From positions 1,762 to 65,761 of the IMG/VR virus record IMGVR_UViG_3300049332_000001: a stretch of DNA of 64,000 bases; one strand, given 5' to 3'. The stretch comes from a virus (taxonomy: Duplodnaviria; Caudoviricetes). The notes beneath the pieces are model-generated. The model had not been told where the DNA came from. It searched no databases and saw only the letters and a program-made list of their open reading frames with translations. Made by a program: the position numbers and the translations under genes. This document shows, in pieces, positions 62,724 through 64,000 of the stretch (the stretch's first letter is position 1; each line of letters starts with the position of its first letter).

Positions 62724-63172
62724 CCATCAACAATACTGCCACACATGATTCAGCGACTTGCACCCGTGGCTTCATGAGCCAGCCTTGCTTGATGTGCCAG
62801 TGGGCCGCTGAGCAGGAGCGACAACAACGCATTCAGCAAAACGTCGCTACGGTTATCAGCGATAACAACTTCGAGCACTTCCAGCAACAACTAGCAGCAT
62901 CCATCGAGCAATCCACTGCCACCATCAACGCTCGCCGCCGTGCGCTACTGCAAGTTCGGCATCTGCCTGACGGATTGACTGATGGTGCTATGGCGCTGGC
63001 TGAAGCACACTTGCAAGACGAGCAGTGGTGGCAGGAATTATCGGATAACGTAGCGCAGGATGCTGAGATATTCAATTTAGCAGGCGGAGTTGAACTATGC
63101 ATTGCGTCGTACTTGACAATGCGAAGAAACGATCACCAACGCGAGCAACGCAGACTGCGGGAGGATGGATGA
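62720..63172 (+). CDS. hypothetical protein
   Basis: ATGA overlap. Confidence 0.55.
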   Translation: MTINNTATHDSATCTRGFMSQPCLMCQWAAEQERQQRIQQNVATVISDNNFEHFQQQLAASIEQSTATINARRRALLQVRHLPDGLTDGAMALAEAHLQDEQWWQELSDNVAQDAEIFNLAGGVELCIASYLTMRRNDHQREQRRLREDG

Positions 63173-63354
63173 CTATGGCTGTTACTCTTTGGTGTAACGA
63201 TCCGCTTAACAAGGGTTGTCATTGGACAGGCGAGTCAGATGAACTTATTGCGTTGACGGATGCCCTTGAAGATCGAGATTTTACTCACTGTCCTAATTGT
63301 GACGGTGCTGATTTTCAGGAAGACGACGAGTACGAGGAGGAGAGTGACGACTGA
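63097..63354 (+). CDS. small acidic Zn-ribbon protein
   Basis: C...C.W.G...CPNC; likely start later than the track start. Confidence 0.5.
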   Translation: MHCVVLDNAKKRSPTRATQTAGGWMTMAVTLWCNDPLNKGCHWTGESDELIALTDALEDRDFTHCPNCDGADFQEDDEYEEESDD

Positions 63355-63481
63355 TGCGCCACTTCCCCGACTGGATCACCTACTGCCCGCGTCCCAGGCG
63401 CCGGCCGTTGTGGCGACGGGTGTGGCGTGCGATTCAACGGCGATTATGGTGGTAGGCGTGGCAGGCTGAGAAGCAAGAGAG

Positions 63482-63754
63482 TTGAGGCTGGCAATGGCGA
63501 AACGAATCGAGGTTGAAGTTATTAAGAAGGACATCAAGGCGGGCTGCCGCAGTTCTTGCAAATGGTGTCCGGTAGCGTTGGCGTTGAAGCGGACCTTTAA
63601 GACCGTATTCGTGGACGCTGATTCCTTCTTTTTAACCATCGGGGAGCAAGCCTACATGACCCCGCTCGCTGTACTTGAATTCATGGATAAGTTCGACAGA
63701 GGCCAGATCGTTGAGTCGTTTACTTTCTATCTGACGGAGGCTACCAATGGCTGA
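63482..63754 (+). CDS. hypothetical phage protein
   Basis: DIKAG...CPVALAL motif. Confidence 0.6.
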   Translation: MRLAMAKRIEVEVIKKDIKAGCRSSCKWCPVALALKRTFKTVFVDADSFFLTIGEQAYMTPLAVLEFMDKFDRGQIVESFTFYLTEATNG

Positions 63755-63992
63755 ACAGGTGAAGATAACGGGAACGATTATTCCGGCGTCGATTGTCGCC
63801 GATGAAAAGGGCACGCGCATCCCCGGTCAACGGTTCGCGTTAGAGCTGCCGCTCCGCGATCTTTTCGCCGCGTTCGCGCTGGCAGGAATGCTCGCTAACC
63901 AGCGCGTTATGGGCGCGACTGCCGACAAAATAGCAAAGGACGCTTACACCTTCGCAGACGCCGCAATTGCCGCCAGAGAAACGGAGAAATGA
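63747..63992 (+). CDS. hypothetical phage protein
   Basis: LRDLFAAFAL...AY.FADA motif; SD GGAGG. Confidence 0.65.
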   Translation: MAEQVKITGTIIPASIVADEKGTRIPGQRFALELPLRDLFAAFALAGMLANQRVMGATADKIAKDAYTFADAAIAARETEK

Positions 63993-64000
63993 TGATTAAA

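Noticed and set aside
1-64000. Many 60-200 aa opposite-strand or alternate-frame ORFs in the track (e.g. 19154-19624, 41487-41999, 42054-42656, 36852-37595)
   Set aside because: They overlap well-supported genes, lack SD sites and motifs, and are expected shadows in GC-rich DNA.
1-64000. Prophage status, integrase, or a specific host assignment
   Set aside because: No recombinase, att site or host flanking genes are visible; a host guess would need database searches.

Overview
This window is most or all of a tailed dsDNA phage genome, probably siphovirus-like: HK97-type head, long tape measure, no tail sheath gene. No host housekeeping genes, rRNA, clear tRNA, integrase or CRISPR array are visible, so lifestyle and host cannot be assigned. 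Plus strand 1-13.5 kb and 61-64 kb holds early and replication genes: many small hypotheticals, an RuvC-less TnpB remnant, Sak4/AAA_24-like ATPase, SSB-like protein, Cas4-like exonuclease, ERCC4 and RusA nucleases, beta sliding clamp and an SF2 helicase-DNA methylase fusion. Both window ends carry the same gene class on the same strand, consistent with a circularly permuted genome (inference). Minus strand 57.8 kb to 13.6 kb is the late region: terS, terL, portal, minor head, a glycan-biosynthesis cassette, protease, major capsid, a glycosyltransferase fusion, His-repeat fibres, neck, tail, tape measure, tail tip and a putative lysis region containing a stand-alone PAS domain. A D5-like helicase and an iteron cluster lie at 59.1-60.7 kb. 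The best candidate for a new system is a virion glycosylation pathway. GDP-L-fucose synthase, a GT11 fucosyltransferase, GT25, GT4, two further putative GTs and an FkbM-like methyltransferase sit in the head operon, and both the major capsid and major tail proteins end in nearly the same motif (AGANS / AGAQS). All family assignments come from motif recognition by eye; no database search was run.
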